This document shows, piece after piece, positions 17,689 through 26,947 of a DNA stretch of 45,634 nucleotides. Position numbers and translations under genes: made by a program. A model generated the notes under the pieces. That model saw only the letters and a program-made list of their open reading frames with translations, ran no database searches and was not told the origin of the DNA. Source of the DNA: an uncultured Gammaproteobacteria bacterium (GTDB taxonomy: Bacteria; Patescibacteriota; Microgenomatia; UBA12405); NCBI GenBank assembly GCA_964538765.1, contig CAZIHS010000004.1, forward strand, positions 1 to 45,634, written 5' to 3'. Positions within the stretch are counted from its first letter, which is position 1; each line of letters starts with the position of its first letter.

Positions 17689-17711
17689 TCTGTGTTAAAA
17701 TTATGCCAATC

Positions 17712-19235
17712 ATGAAGTCGCTTTTCCGCCGAATCTTTGTTTTTTCCCTCGTTTTGTTTCTTTTCTTTCTCTCCCGCCCTTCTTTGGCCCAAACCCCGCC
17801 CCCCAACCTTCTTTTTGAACACGAAGGCGCCATCCAGGACCCAAGTGCCAATTTTGAAAAATTAAGCAACGCGGGTTGGCAAAACATCGCCATCGACTCG
17901 CTTACCAGCCTCACCGGTCGCCCCCGCTTCGACGCTCAAGGCAATCTTCTTGGTTTTAATCAAGATGGTGCTTTCTCCACCACCAACCAGCTTATCGCCT
18001 CTCTTTATCAACCACCGGCTTCTGGTATCCAATACCTCGCCGAGCTAAAAGACAATTTTTTAGGTAAACCCGCCTATGCCCAAGGCGTCGGTTTTGTCGG
18101 TCTCACGCCCATTCTTCCTGTTTGGCGGGCCTTCCGAAACGTTGTCTACATTCTCTCCTCGCTAATTTTTATTATCATTGGCATCATGATTATGCTTCGG
18201 GTCAAACTTTCCCCCCAAGCCGTCGTCAACATCCAAAACGCCGTCCCCGGCCTAATCACCACCCTGATTCTGGTCACTTTTTCCTATGCCATTGCCGGTC
18301 TTCTAATCGATCTCATGAACCTTATCCAGGCTTTTTCTTTAGTCGTTCTCTTTCAGGCCACTGGTAAAAATCTAAACGAAAATTTGTTTGGCGCTGGTCT
18401 TAATTTCACCAACCCCTACACCTTTTCAACCCTGTCACAGCCTGGTCTTGGCGAAATTTTCAATCTCACCTACAAAGCTGTTCCTCTCACTGCCCTTGCC
18501 CCCATCACCGGCATTCTTGGGGCCATCGTCGGAGGAGTTTTCAGTCTCCCGATTTTTGGTGTTGGCGCCCCCGTCGGAGCCATTCTCGGTTTTGGTATCG
18601 GCGCTATCATTATCACCCTGATAATTGCCATCCTCATCCTGATCTGGCTTATTTCTTTCTTCTTTGGCTTAGTAAAATGCTATGTCCAGGTAATTCTAAA
18701 AATTGTCACTGCTCCTCTTGAAATTGGCCTTGGCGCCATCCCCGGTTTCAAAGGCGGCGGCTTTAGCAGTTGGATCTATGGCCTTATCGCCAACCTTGCC
18801 GTTTTCCCCATCAGTGTCTTATTTTTAGTCCTGGCCAACATTATCATCCAATTAGGATCTGGCGGAAGGCTTTGGCAGCCAACCCTTCTAAACGGCTCCC
18901 TTCTTTCAGGCATCACTAATGCCGCCACTCTCACCGGCGGTGGCCTGGCCACTGTCGCCATCGGCCTGGCCACTCTCATGATTATGTCCAAGCTCCCCAC
19001 CCTCATCCCCCAAGCCATTTTTGCCATCAAACCGTCTCCTTGGGAACAAGCCATTAATCTTGGCAAGGGAGGGGAACTTCTCATGGCCACCGGAAGACAG
19101 TTCGCCCATGACCAGCTACGATCAAGATACGACTCACAAGAGGCAGTAAAAGCTGGTTCCGCCGATCCAAAAGCAAAGGTAGGAAAATGGGTTGCCCAAG
19201 GTATGGAGTTAATTGGGATAGCAAAACCCCGATAA
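17712..19235 (+). CDS. VirB6/TrbL-like polytopic membrane protein (start 17712 or 17703)
   Basis: Signal peptide (PSLA-Q); many TM segments (WRAFRNVVY, LVTFSYAIAGLLIDL, ILKIVTAPL, LMIMSKLPTLI); position downstream of a pilin array as in CPR T4SS-like loci. Confidence 0.65.
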   Translation: MKSLFRRIFVFSLVLFLFFLSRPSLAQTPPPNLLFEHEGAIQDPSANFEKLSNAGWQNIAIDSLTSLTGRPRFDAQGNLLGFNQDGAFSTTNQLIASLYQPPASGIQYLAELKDNFLGKPAYAQGVGFVGLTPILPVWRAFRNVVYILSSLIFIIIGIMIMLRVKLSPQAVVNIQNAVPGLITTLILVTFSYAIAGLLIDLMNLIQAFSLVVLFQATGKNLNENLFGAGLNFTNPYTFSTLSQPGLGEIFNLTYKAVPLTALAPITGILGAIVGGVFSLPIFGVGAPVGAILGFGIGAIIITLIIAILILIWLISFFFGLVKCYVQVILKIVTAPLEIGLGAIPGFKGGGFSSWIYGLIANLAVFPISVLFLVLANIIIQLGSGGRLWQPTLLNGSLLSGITNAATLTGGGLATVAIGLATLMIMSKLPTLIPQAIFAIKPSPWEQAINLGKGGELLMATGRQFAHDQLRSRYDSQEAVKAGSADPKAKVGKWVAQGMELIGIAKPR

Positions 19236-19248
19236 TAAATCACCCAGA

Positions 19249-21330
19249 CTAAGTAGTAGTCACACCTCTGTTTCGCATCATAGCATCAGCCTTTATTCTG
19301 GCCCTTGTCACTAAATGTTGCATCCCGGCATGCAATCTCTCTCTAATTTCATTCCGAACTTTTCCGTCAGATACCAACCTAGGGCTCTGCAAAATCGAGT
19401 CAACAAAAGCATCATAATTCGGAACAGGACAAACCAACATTAATTTCGGACTTCTCTCAAGACCAACCGAATTAGCAATCATCCAAGAAATAGCATTGGC
19501 TCCGGTCAAGTCCGCAAACATTCTCTGTTCATCATTAACAGTCTTCATCGTAGCTAATTTGGCAAAAATATCAGGCAATGTCGATGTCCATTCAGAAAAT
19601 GTTTTAACATCCAAACGGCTCTTCCCAACAGCAGTCAAATAATATCTGTACCACGTATCCCACTTATCACAATAATCTCCAAACAGGTTCGAATCGCTCC
19701 CTTCAAAAACAACCTCTTTTTTTTCAAGCAAGGCTTGTGCAAGTGACATCTTTGCCACACCCGCTCCACCCTTCAGAACCTTAACGCCCAACATCTCGAG
19801 CATGCTTGCTCCAATTCTATCAGGAAAAGGTTTAAATGTCCCTTCATTTAACCCCTTAATTATGTCAGGTCTAATGTCAGTCCACATCAACATTTCCGCA
19901 AACCATGCCCCAAGCGGGCCACCCCACCCTTCTTCAGTGCCTTGAGCCTTACTTTTCTCATCCAGGTCAGGGGCCACCCCAAACTTCCTTTTTGCCTTTG
20001 CCATTGGATGCATCATTGACCTCACTTGTTCACCAAACACATTTGCGCAATTTCCAGGAATATCCCTATAGTTATCGGCTGACTCAACAGCATTGCTGAC
20101 ATACAAAAAATTCCAAGCCATCGCCACGGCCGCCTTAGCTTCTAATGGTTCCATACCCATTTCCTCGAGCTTGCCAATCAAACCCTCTTGATACTCCCTA
20201 AAACTAGCCAAAACATCCTTCCATTCTATTTCTCCCTCTTCTCCAAAGTTCTTCTTTCTCAAAGCCAAAAAATACGCCCTCGTATCACTACTGTCTCTCT
20301 CAAAAAAATCGTCCATAATTGATTCCATTGCCCACTTCACCCCAGGTTCCTCATATATCAATCTCAACTCTCTCTCAGTCAAATTAAGCCAGTCATTGCC
20401 TTTAGCTTTCTCACCATCCATTGCCGCCACCTTAGCCTTAATGTACGCGGCATTCGCCAAACAAACCCTCGCCCTAATTAGTTGTTGCCAATCAGCCACA
20501 CTGTTTCGCTCAGGCTTTTGCAAAAACCTTTCTGGAGGATGCTTAAACCACCCCGGCGGAAAAGTGTCCAACTGTAAAGTAATTGCCATTTGAAGAAGCT
20601 CAGCGTTAACAAAAGTGTCAAAGGTTGACTCCATCATCTCTCTTTCGCCACCTCCTCTTAACAACGATGCTAGCTGTGCCACCAAACCCGCGTCCAAGTT
20701 TCCTCCTGCAGCAGCTCCATCTTCCTCTTCCATCGCCCAAAACAAGTATTGCTGAACCCAAGCTATTTCCCGCGGCGGAACGTCCGGGTCTTCATATAAT
20801 CTTACCAACAATCCGTCTATCTGTTCCTCTTTTCTCCTAGACAACCTTCCGGTGTTTTTAGAAATATGATTATTCATTGTTCTTAACAATGCCTCCACTT
20901 TTCTGTTGGTAATTACCACCCTCCCCAACTCTTCTCCCAAACCTTTTAGGCCACCAACCTTGCCCACTCCCAATAACCGCTCCACCTCTTTATAATCATC
21001 TCTAGCAATCGCCAACCGCAAAGGATCATCGTCCGGACTTGCAGAAACTTTCTCTTGAACTGCCATCGCCATCCCAACCCCAATGTCTTCACCTAGCAAA
21101 CGCGAAACCCTGTCTCCCCCTAAGGCTTTCTGTCTCAATCCCGCAAAAGTATCTCTTCCAAAAATATTACTAAGTTGCCTCCCAGCTGCATCATCACCTT
21201 TCAAAAAGAGGGGGGCAATTCTTGCAACCTGTATAGCCCTCGCACTCGCCGTCAATTCAACAAAGGGATCGGTCTTTCCCACCAATAGAGCAGTATGTAA
21301 AACTCTTTGGTGTCCAGCCTCTATCGCCAT
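19249..21330 (-). CDS. Hypothetical soluble, mostly helical protein (~693 aa; start revised to ATG 21330)
   Basis: Long ORF without signal or TM segments; TAAAAT 5 nt upstream of ATG 21330; no family recognised. Confidence 0.75.
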   Translation of the reverse strand: MAIEAGHQRVLHTALLVGKTDPFVELTASARAIQVARIAPLFLKGDDAAGRQLSNIFGRDTFAGLRQKALGGDRVSRLLGEDIGVGMAMAVQEKVSASPDDDPLRLAIARDDYKEVERLLGVGKVGGLKGLGEELGRVVITNRKVEALLRTMNNHISKNTGRLSRRKEEQIDGLLVRLYEDPDVPPREIAWVQQYLFWAMEEEDGAAAGGNLDAGLVAQLASLLRGGGEREMMESTFDTFVNAELLQMAITLQLDTFPPGWFKHPPERFLQKPERNSVADWQQLIRARVCLANAAYIKAKVAAMDGEKAKGNDWLNLTERELRLIYEEPGVKWAMESIMDDFFERDSSDTRAYFLALRKKNFGEEGEIEWKDVLASFREYQEGLIGKLEEMGMEPLEAKAAVAMAWNFLYVSNAVESADNYRDIPGNCANVFGEQVRSMMHPMAKAKRKFGVAPDLDEKSKAQGTEEGWGGPLGAWFAEMLMWTDIRPDIIKGLNEGTFKPFPDRIGASMLEMLGVKVLKGGAGVAKMSLAQALLEKKEVVFEGSDSNLFGDYCDKWDTWYRYYLTAVGKSRLDVKTFSEWTSTLPDIFAKLATMKTVNDEQRMFADLTGANAISWMIANSVGLERSPKLMLVCPVPNYDAFVDSILQSPRLVSDGKVRNEIRERLHAGMQHLVTRARIKADAMMRNRGVTTT

Positions 21331-21374
21331 TCCCAATTTTACCTTCCCCCACCCTCAAATACAACCACCAAAGC

Positions 21375-23438
21375 CTATAACATGGTTTCTACTCTGTTTT
21401 CTTCTACCTTCTTCCCCATCTTCATCACTTCTTCAAATTCCTCTTGCCCCAGGCTTTCCTTCTCCATCAACAACTTAGCCAATTCTTCCAACTTACCCTT
21501 TCTTGCCTCCAATATTTTCTTGGCTCTTACCAGCGCCTCGTTAATCAGTCTTCCAATTTCTCTGTCCACCTTTGCCTGCATCCGGTCCGACAATTCTGGC
21601 GGCCCAAAGCTTGCCCTTCCCCAATCGCTCATCTCATACTGTGGCCCAAAATTTATCGGTCCCAGCCTCGACATTCCCCAGGCCATCACCATATTTCTAG
21701 CAATTCTGGTCACATGGTCAATATCACTCGCCGCCCCGCTGGTAATTTCCTCGTCTCCAAACATCAGTTCCTCGGCCGCCCTTCCCCCCATCGCCATCGT
21801 CATTTGGCTGATCAACCTCTTTTTTGTTTCATGCACCCTGTCTCTTTCCGGCGGCACCAGTGTAAATCCCAACGCCATTCCTCGCGACACAATCGAAATT
21901 CTTTGCACCGCGTCCAGCTTCTCCTCAAAGTTCACCACTGCGTGCCCAGCCTCATGAAAAGCCGTAATTTTTTTATCATCATCTGTCTGCGCCCTTCTCT
22001 TCTCAGCCCCCAGTTTCACTTTCAATCCCGCCTCATCAACGTCTTCCCTGCTAATCTTAGTTTTATTTTTTCTTGCCGCCGCAATCGCCGCCTCATTCAA
22101 CATATTTTCCAAATCGGCCCCGCTAAATCCTACCGTTGCCTGTGATATTTTCTCCCAATCAATTTCTCTAAAAAAGGGCTTTCCCCTGGCGTGAATTTTT
22201 AATATTTCTTCCCTCGCTTTTTTATCCGGCATTTCCAAAATCACCCTTCGGTCAAACCTGCCCGGTCTCATCAGGGCCGGGTCAAGCAAATCCCCCCTGT
22301 TTGTCGCCGCCAGCACCACCACCGCCGTGTTTGCTTCAAACCCGTCCATTTCCACCAAAATTTGGTTCAAAGTCTGTTCTCTCTCTCCATGTCCTCCGTC
22401 AATCCCGCCTCTAATTCGGCCAATAGCGTCAATTTCGTCAATAAAAATAATCGCCTTTCCTGCCTTTTTGGCCGTTCCAAACAAATCACGCACCCGGCTG
22501 GCCCCTACCCCCACCAGCATTTCCATAAATTCACTTCCCGCCATCGAATAAAAAGGCACGTTGGCCTCTCCTGCCACCGCCTTTGCCAAAAGCGTTTTAC
22601 CCACTCCGCTTGGTCCCACCAGAAGCACCCCTTTAGGGGCCCTTGCCCCCATTTTTTGATATTTTTTGGGATTTTTTAAAAAATCAACCACCTCTTCCAA
22701 ATCTTTTTTTGCCTCCTCCACTCCCGCCACATCTTTAAAAGTTATGTTTTGTTTACCCTTAACAAACAGCTTCGCCCCCGACTTTCCAAATCCAAACATT
22801 CCCCCGCTCCCCATCGCTCCCGTTTGCCGTCCAAATAACCACAAAATCACCACCAAAGGCAAACCCACTGTCAACAGCAAACTAAATATTTCTGCTGCTG
22901 CCTTCCAGCCCTGTCTGTTTTCAACCCTAAATTTGATTCCCCGCAAATCAACCCCTTCCTTCTGCAATATCTCAACAAGCGACACCCCCGGTTCCTTATC
23001 ACTTGTCAAAACCTTATCCCCGTTTTTCAGCTTAACCGCAATTTCGTTATCCATCACCGTCACCTCCGCCGCCGCCCCGCTTTTTATTTGTTCAATCACG
23101 GAAGACAAAGGCACTTTTTCTGGCTCTATTGGCATTAAAAGCGACCTCAAAGACAAAAGCACCCACCAAAACAGCATCAAATACAACAAGCCTTTTAACA
23201 ACTGCTTCGGTCCGACTTCGATTTTCCTAATTTTTATTCCCTCAGGCAGCTTGTCCAGCATTTCCTTTGAAATGCCCAAATCCTTGGCCATTTTTTCTCT
23301 TTCGTTTTCCCCGGTTTTTCTCTTTACCCCGCCCCCATTTTTTGTCACTCCCCCCGCAATCCGCCCAAATATATTTTTCCACCCGATTTTCCATCTTTTT
23401 TCATTACCACTCGGCTTTTCTTTCAACTTTTCATTCAT
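21375..23438 (-). CDS. ftsH: ATP-dependent zinc metalloprotease FtsH
   Basis: Two TMs, GPSGVGKT Walker A, IFIDEIDA Walker B, LMRPGRFDR, HEAGH zinc motif. Confidence 0.97.
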   Translation of the reverse strand: MNEKLKEKPSGNEKRWKIGWKNIFGRIAGGVTKNGGGVKRKTGENEREKMAKDLGISKEMLDKLPEGIKIRKIEVGPKQLLKGLLYLMLFWWVLLSLRSLLMPIEPEKVPLSSVIEQIKSGAAAEVTVMDNEIAVKLKNGDKVLTSDKEPGVSLVEILQKEGVDLRGIKFRVENRQGWKAAAEIFSLLLTVGLPLVVILWLFGRQTGAMGSGGMFGFGKSGAKLFVKGKQNITFKDVAGVEEAKKDLEEVVDFLKNPKKYQKMGARAPKGVLLVGPSGVGKTLLAKAVAGEANVPFYSMAGSEFMEMLVGVGASRVRDLFGTAKKAGKAIIFIDEIDAIGRIRGGIDGGHGEREQTLNQILVEMDGFEANTAVVVLAATNRGDLLDPALMRPGRFDRRVILEMPDKKAREEILKIHARGKPFFREIDWEKISQATVGFSGADLENMLNEAAIAAARKNKTKISREDVDEAGLKVKLGAEKRRAQTDDDKKITAFHEAGHAVVNFEEKLDAVQRISIVSRGMALGFTLVPPERDRVHETKKRLISQMTMAMGGRAAEELMFGDEEITSGAASDIDHVTRIARNMVMAWGMSRLGPINFGPQYEMSDWGRASFGPPELSDRMQAKVDREIGRLINEALVRAKKILEARKGKLEELAKLLMEKESLGQEEFEEVMKMGKKVEENRVETML

Positions 23439-23444
23439 CCGGCC

Positions 23445-23453
23445 ATTATATCA
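23445..23453 (-). promoter_or_regulatory. Extended -10 for ftsH (leaderless-type)
   Basis: Minus strand TGaTATAAT, 6 nt before the ATG. Confidence 0.65.
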
Positions 23454-23493
23454 TCAACCCAAACAATCGTACATTCTTCCCCCCATTTCTTCG

Positions 23494-23790
23494 CTACCCT
23501 GCCCCCAACCTTAAAAGTTCGTCTCTATTGTCTCCTATTCCTTCTCTCACCCAAAATATTTTTCCACACATTAAACATCTATAATTTATCCGAAACTTGC
23601 CGTTTATGTATTCCGTCTTCACCGGCTCCATCATTCCTCCGCACCCGCTTTTTCTATCGCCTGGCACCTCCTCATCCCGATGTTTTCCCCACAGACACTT
23701 TGGACAATGGTCGGTATAGCCGTCTCCCGCCACTCCCGCCCCACATTTCTCACACACAAAATTTTCTTTCACTCTTACAAAATTTTTCAC
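23494..23790 (-). CDS. RNHCP-domain protein
   Basis: FVCEKCG...DHCPKCLWGKH...PGDR...CGGMMEP...YRCLMCG. Confidence 0.88.
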   Translation of the reverse strand: MKNFVRVKENFVCEKCGAGVAGDGYTDHCPKCLWGKHRDEEVPGDRKSGCGGMMEPVKTEYINGKFRINYRCLMCGKIFWVREGIGDNRDELLRLGAG

Positions 23791-26642
23791 TCCTGCTCCT
23801 TCACCAGTTCAATCCCCATTCTCATATCTTCCGACAATTTCTGGTTAAACAACAGTTTCTCGTTTACTATTGACCCCTCTGGTTGAACCTGGTTCACCTG
23901 CCAACCCTTTGGCCAGCTAAACAAGGTCACCAGCCCCGTGTCTCCAAACCCCGATTGTTTTTGAACATAAAGTAAATATGACATTTTTAGTCCGCCCCTG
24001 TTTACCACCGGCAGGCTGTATCTAATTTCCACCTGCCTTTTACCTGCCACCGGCACCACCGCCAAAAGCCCCACTTCCTTTCTTCCAAGATAATTTTTGA
24101 CTCGGTATTCACCTTCGTTGTATATTTTTTTATTACCACCTTCTCCTTCCGAAATACTTACTTCCGCCAGGTTCGCCCCCAGCGGCAAATATACCCTTAA
24201 ATAGTTTTTATAATCCCCTCCCGGCCAACTGCTTGTTTTGGCGCTGTTTTCATAATTTATCTTTACCACTCTCGAAACTCCATTTTCACCCACCTCCACC
24301 AGCTGTTCAACATTTCTGTAAACAAAGTAATTGGCTTTGTTCACCCCCAAATTTGCTTCCACCAGGTACAAATAATCGGCCACACAACTATCTTCACTGC
24401 ATTTTCCGCCAAACATTGCCCCATCCCACCCCAGACCCGCCAGCGCCGCCGCCGCCTTTTTGTCCTCCACCCAAACCTGAATTTCATTTCTCGACAGCAT
24501 TGTCAAGGTCGCCTCCGCCAAACCAAAAAGCTTTTCTCCTTTCGCCAGCTTAATCTCCTCCAAAAGGGTTTTTGCCAGTGCCCCCAAAAAACTTGCCTTT
24601 TGAACCGAGCCGGGGAAAAATTTTGTTTCCGAATAAAATTCGGCCTGTTCATACAAATTATTTTTGTTTATTTTTTCCTTAAAATCTGCCACATACACTT
24701 CTCCCGCCACCCCCACCATCGCTTTGGCCACCGTCAGGTTTATCCCAATCACCCCGTCTACCCCCCTCCCTGTTTCTTTTTCTAAAAACCAGGCCACATC
24801 CTTTGCCGCCGCCGGAAAGCTGGCCTGCCAGTTTGCGTCCCTCATAAACCACCCGCCTTCGCCCAAATAAGCCCTTATTTCTTCAGGTGGCTCAACATGC
24901 CCTTTCAACTGACCGTCTGCCTCATAAACATCTTTAACCTCAAGTCCAGCCAATTTTCCCGCGTCAAAACTTAAAATTCCATAAGATCCAATAAAACCAC
25001 CGCCAGGCCTTAGTTCGTTTTCGTTCTGAAACAACACTAAATATTCTTTCTTTTTATTCCCTTCAATTCCCAAAATCCCTGGCAAAACCCCCAAAAACTC
25101 TCTTCCTGCCGCCAATCCTTCTCTCATCTTTGCCATTTCTCTCGATCTTGACTCAATTTTTTTTCTCCACCCGGCCGGCAGCCACATTCTCTTGCCCTTC
25201 AATCTTGCTTCCAAAATTGCCACCTTACCATCCAAATTTCCCAAAATAACAGCCAAATTATCGATTGTCTTTCTAAAATCAATTTCGCTTTCTCGCAACA
25301 CCGCCTCTGTTATTTTTTCGCCTTCTTTAGCCGCCCTGGCCCCTTCCCTTTCCACCTCCAGCGCCACCTCCACCAGTCTTAATCCTTCAAGATAATCTCC
25401 AAACATTCTCCCTCCAAAACCCTCCTCTGCTTTTCTTACCTCCAAAAGCCATCCTTCACTTTCTTTCACCAGCTGGTCATATTTCCCCTCTTTAATCATC
25501 TCTTGACCTTTCAGCGGGTAATTCAAAATTCTCAACACCCTCGTTCCCGCTGCCACCGCCAACATCAAAAGTGCCAGCCCCAATGTCCCAGCCAGCCATT
25601 TTTCCCACCCCTCCGGCCAATTTAGAAAATATTTTTTCCCAGGTTCTTTTTTCTCAACCGCTTCCTCATTCCTCTCCTCCGTACCTTTCCTGTATTCAAC
25701 TCCGCCAGCTACCTCCTCCTCCCCATCATCCTTTTCCCACTCTCTCACTTTCGTCAACGCTCTTTTTATCTCCTCCTCTCTTCCCTTTATTTCCTTTCCC
25801 ACCACCATTTCACCAACCTCCGCCTCATTTTCCTCTATTTTTGCAATTTCTCTATCAACACCCCCCCTCTCCTCCACTTCAACCCGGTACCCTTTCCAGT
25901 TTTCCTTCTTTAATCCTGCCTGGCTTTTCCTTTTTTTTAATTCTCTTTTTTTAACTCTTCTTTTTTCGTCCTCTTTTGTAAAAAAATACTGCAAAACCAT
26001 ATCCATTCCCAAGGCCAGGTTCACTTCAGGTCTCCACCTCAATTTCCTCCATTCATTTTCCACTTCCACCCTAGGTTCCAAAATTTCAACCTCCTTTTCC
26101 GCCACTTTAAACCGGGTCATCTTCGCCTTGTTGATTAATACTTTGGCCAGCTCATCAATCTCCGCCTCCTCTCCCCAAATCTCAACCACCCCCCCTTCTT
26201 CACCCAAAAACATTCCTCTCAATATCGCCTCAACCGCGTCATCAATTGCCAGCAACCTCGGTCTTTTTTTCCTGTCGGGCAAAACTAAATTTTCATTCCT
26301 AACCGCTCTAACAATCGCCTCAGCCAGCCAGCCCTCTTCTTTCATTCCCGGCCCGTATACCTGTCTTAGCCAAATCAACGTCCCCTTTTCGCCAGTCACC
26401 CGACCATCCATTCTTTCTCCTGCTTCTTCAACCATTATTTTAACCGTTTTCGCCCCAAAACGCCCCCCCACTGCCATCACTTCCGCATCATCCTTAAAGT
26501 CAAAAATATAATTTACTTTTCCACCGTCATATTGGCCTTTTTCCACCACCTCAATATCTTTTTCTCTCAACACTTCCTCCAGCCCTTTTTCCACCCCGCC
26601 CCCTTGTCCCACAATTAGTGCTCTAACTCCAACGTCGCTCAT
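23787..26642 (-). CDS. DUF4012-domain membrane protein with a degenerate NAD-dependent epimerase-like N-terminus
   Basis: YLVLFQNENELRPGGGFIG, RDANW, VDGVI, NKANYF; single TM near residue 360; N-terminal RQVYGPG and IDDAVEAI resemble extended SDR motifs. Confidence 0.85.
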   Translation of the reverse strand: MSDVGVRALIVGQGGGVEKGLEEVLREKDIEVVEKGQYDGGKVNYIFDFKDDAEVMAVGGRFGAKTVKIMVEEAGERMDGRVTGEKGTLIWLRQVYGPGMKEEGWLAEAIVRAVRNENLVLPDRKKRPRLLAIDDAVEAILRGMFLGEEGGVVEIWGEEAEIDELAKVLINKAKMTRFKVAEKEVEILEPRVEVENEWRKLRWRPEVNLALGMDMVLQYFFTKEDEKRRVKKRELKKRKSQAGLKKENWKGYRVEVEERGGVDREIAKIEENEAEVGEMVVGKEIKGREEEIKRALTKVREWEKDDGEEEVAGGVEYRKGTEERNEEAVEKKEPGKKYFLNWPEGWEKWLAGTLGLALLMLAVAAGTRVLRILNYPLKGQEMIKEGKYDQLVKESEGWLLEVRKAEEGFGGRMFGDYLEGLRLVEVALEVEREGARAAKEGEKITEAVLRESEIDFRKTIDNLAVILGNLDGKVAILEARLKGKRMWLPAGWRKKIESRSREMAKMREGLAAGREFLGVLPGILGIEGNKKKEYLVLFQNENELRPGGGFIGSYGILSFDAGKLAGLEVKDVYEADGQLKGHVEPPEEIRAYLGEGGWFMRDANWQASFPAAAKDVAWFLEKETGRGVDGVIGINLTVAKAMVGVAGEVYVADFKEKINKNNLYEQAEFYSETKFFPGSVQKASFLGALAKTLLEEIKLAKGEKLFGLAEATLTMLSRNEIQVWVEDKKAAAALAGLGWDGAMFGGKCSEDSCVADYLYLVEANLGVNKANYFVYRNVEQLVEVGENGVSRVVKINYENSAKTSSWPGGDYKNYLRVYLPLGANLAEVSISEGEGGNKKIYNEGEYRVKNYLGRKEVGLLAVVPVAGKRQVEIRYSLPVVNRGGLKMSYLLYVQKQSGFGDTGLVTLFSWPKGWQVNQVQPEGSIVNEKLLFNQKLSEDMRMGIELVKEQE

Positions 26643-26667
26643 CCTATTATTCTAATTGATATTTATT

Positions 26668-26752
26668 CCTCGGGTATTGCCAAGTTAGTTGCGGTAATGT
26701 TTCGGTTATTATGCGGTTATTACTATTCGGTTCCAACTTCTACCCCCTCGGG
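26668..26752. repeat. Phased short CGGT(T/A)AT repeats in a 305-bp non-coding gap
   Basis: CGGTAAT (26692), CGGTTATT (26703), CGGTTATT (26714), CGGTTCC (26728), bracketed by CCTCGGG at 26668 and 26746. Confidence 0.5.
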
Positions 26753-26947
26753 AAACATTAAGAACGTGAAAAGTTGTAAGAACAAAAACAAGAGTAATCT
26801 GTAGGAAAATGTTCTAATCCTAGTCTTTTCTATTTTAGAAAACCGGGATTAACCATCAAAATTATGTTCTGATTTTGATTTTGCTGTTTTGAGAGACCAT
26901 AAATATCGTCATAACTCCAAAGTAAAAAGTGATAAAAAATATATCAG

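Noticed and set aside
17613-17711. Upstream extension of the VirB6-like ORF
   Set aside because: Overlaps the previous gene; ATG 17703/17712 yields a proper signal peptide.
26668-26752. Possible degenerate CRISPR array
   Set aside because: Units are 7-8 nt with ~11-nt period; no 25-40-nt repeats, no spacers, no cas genes.
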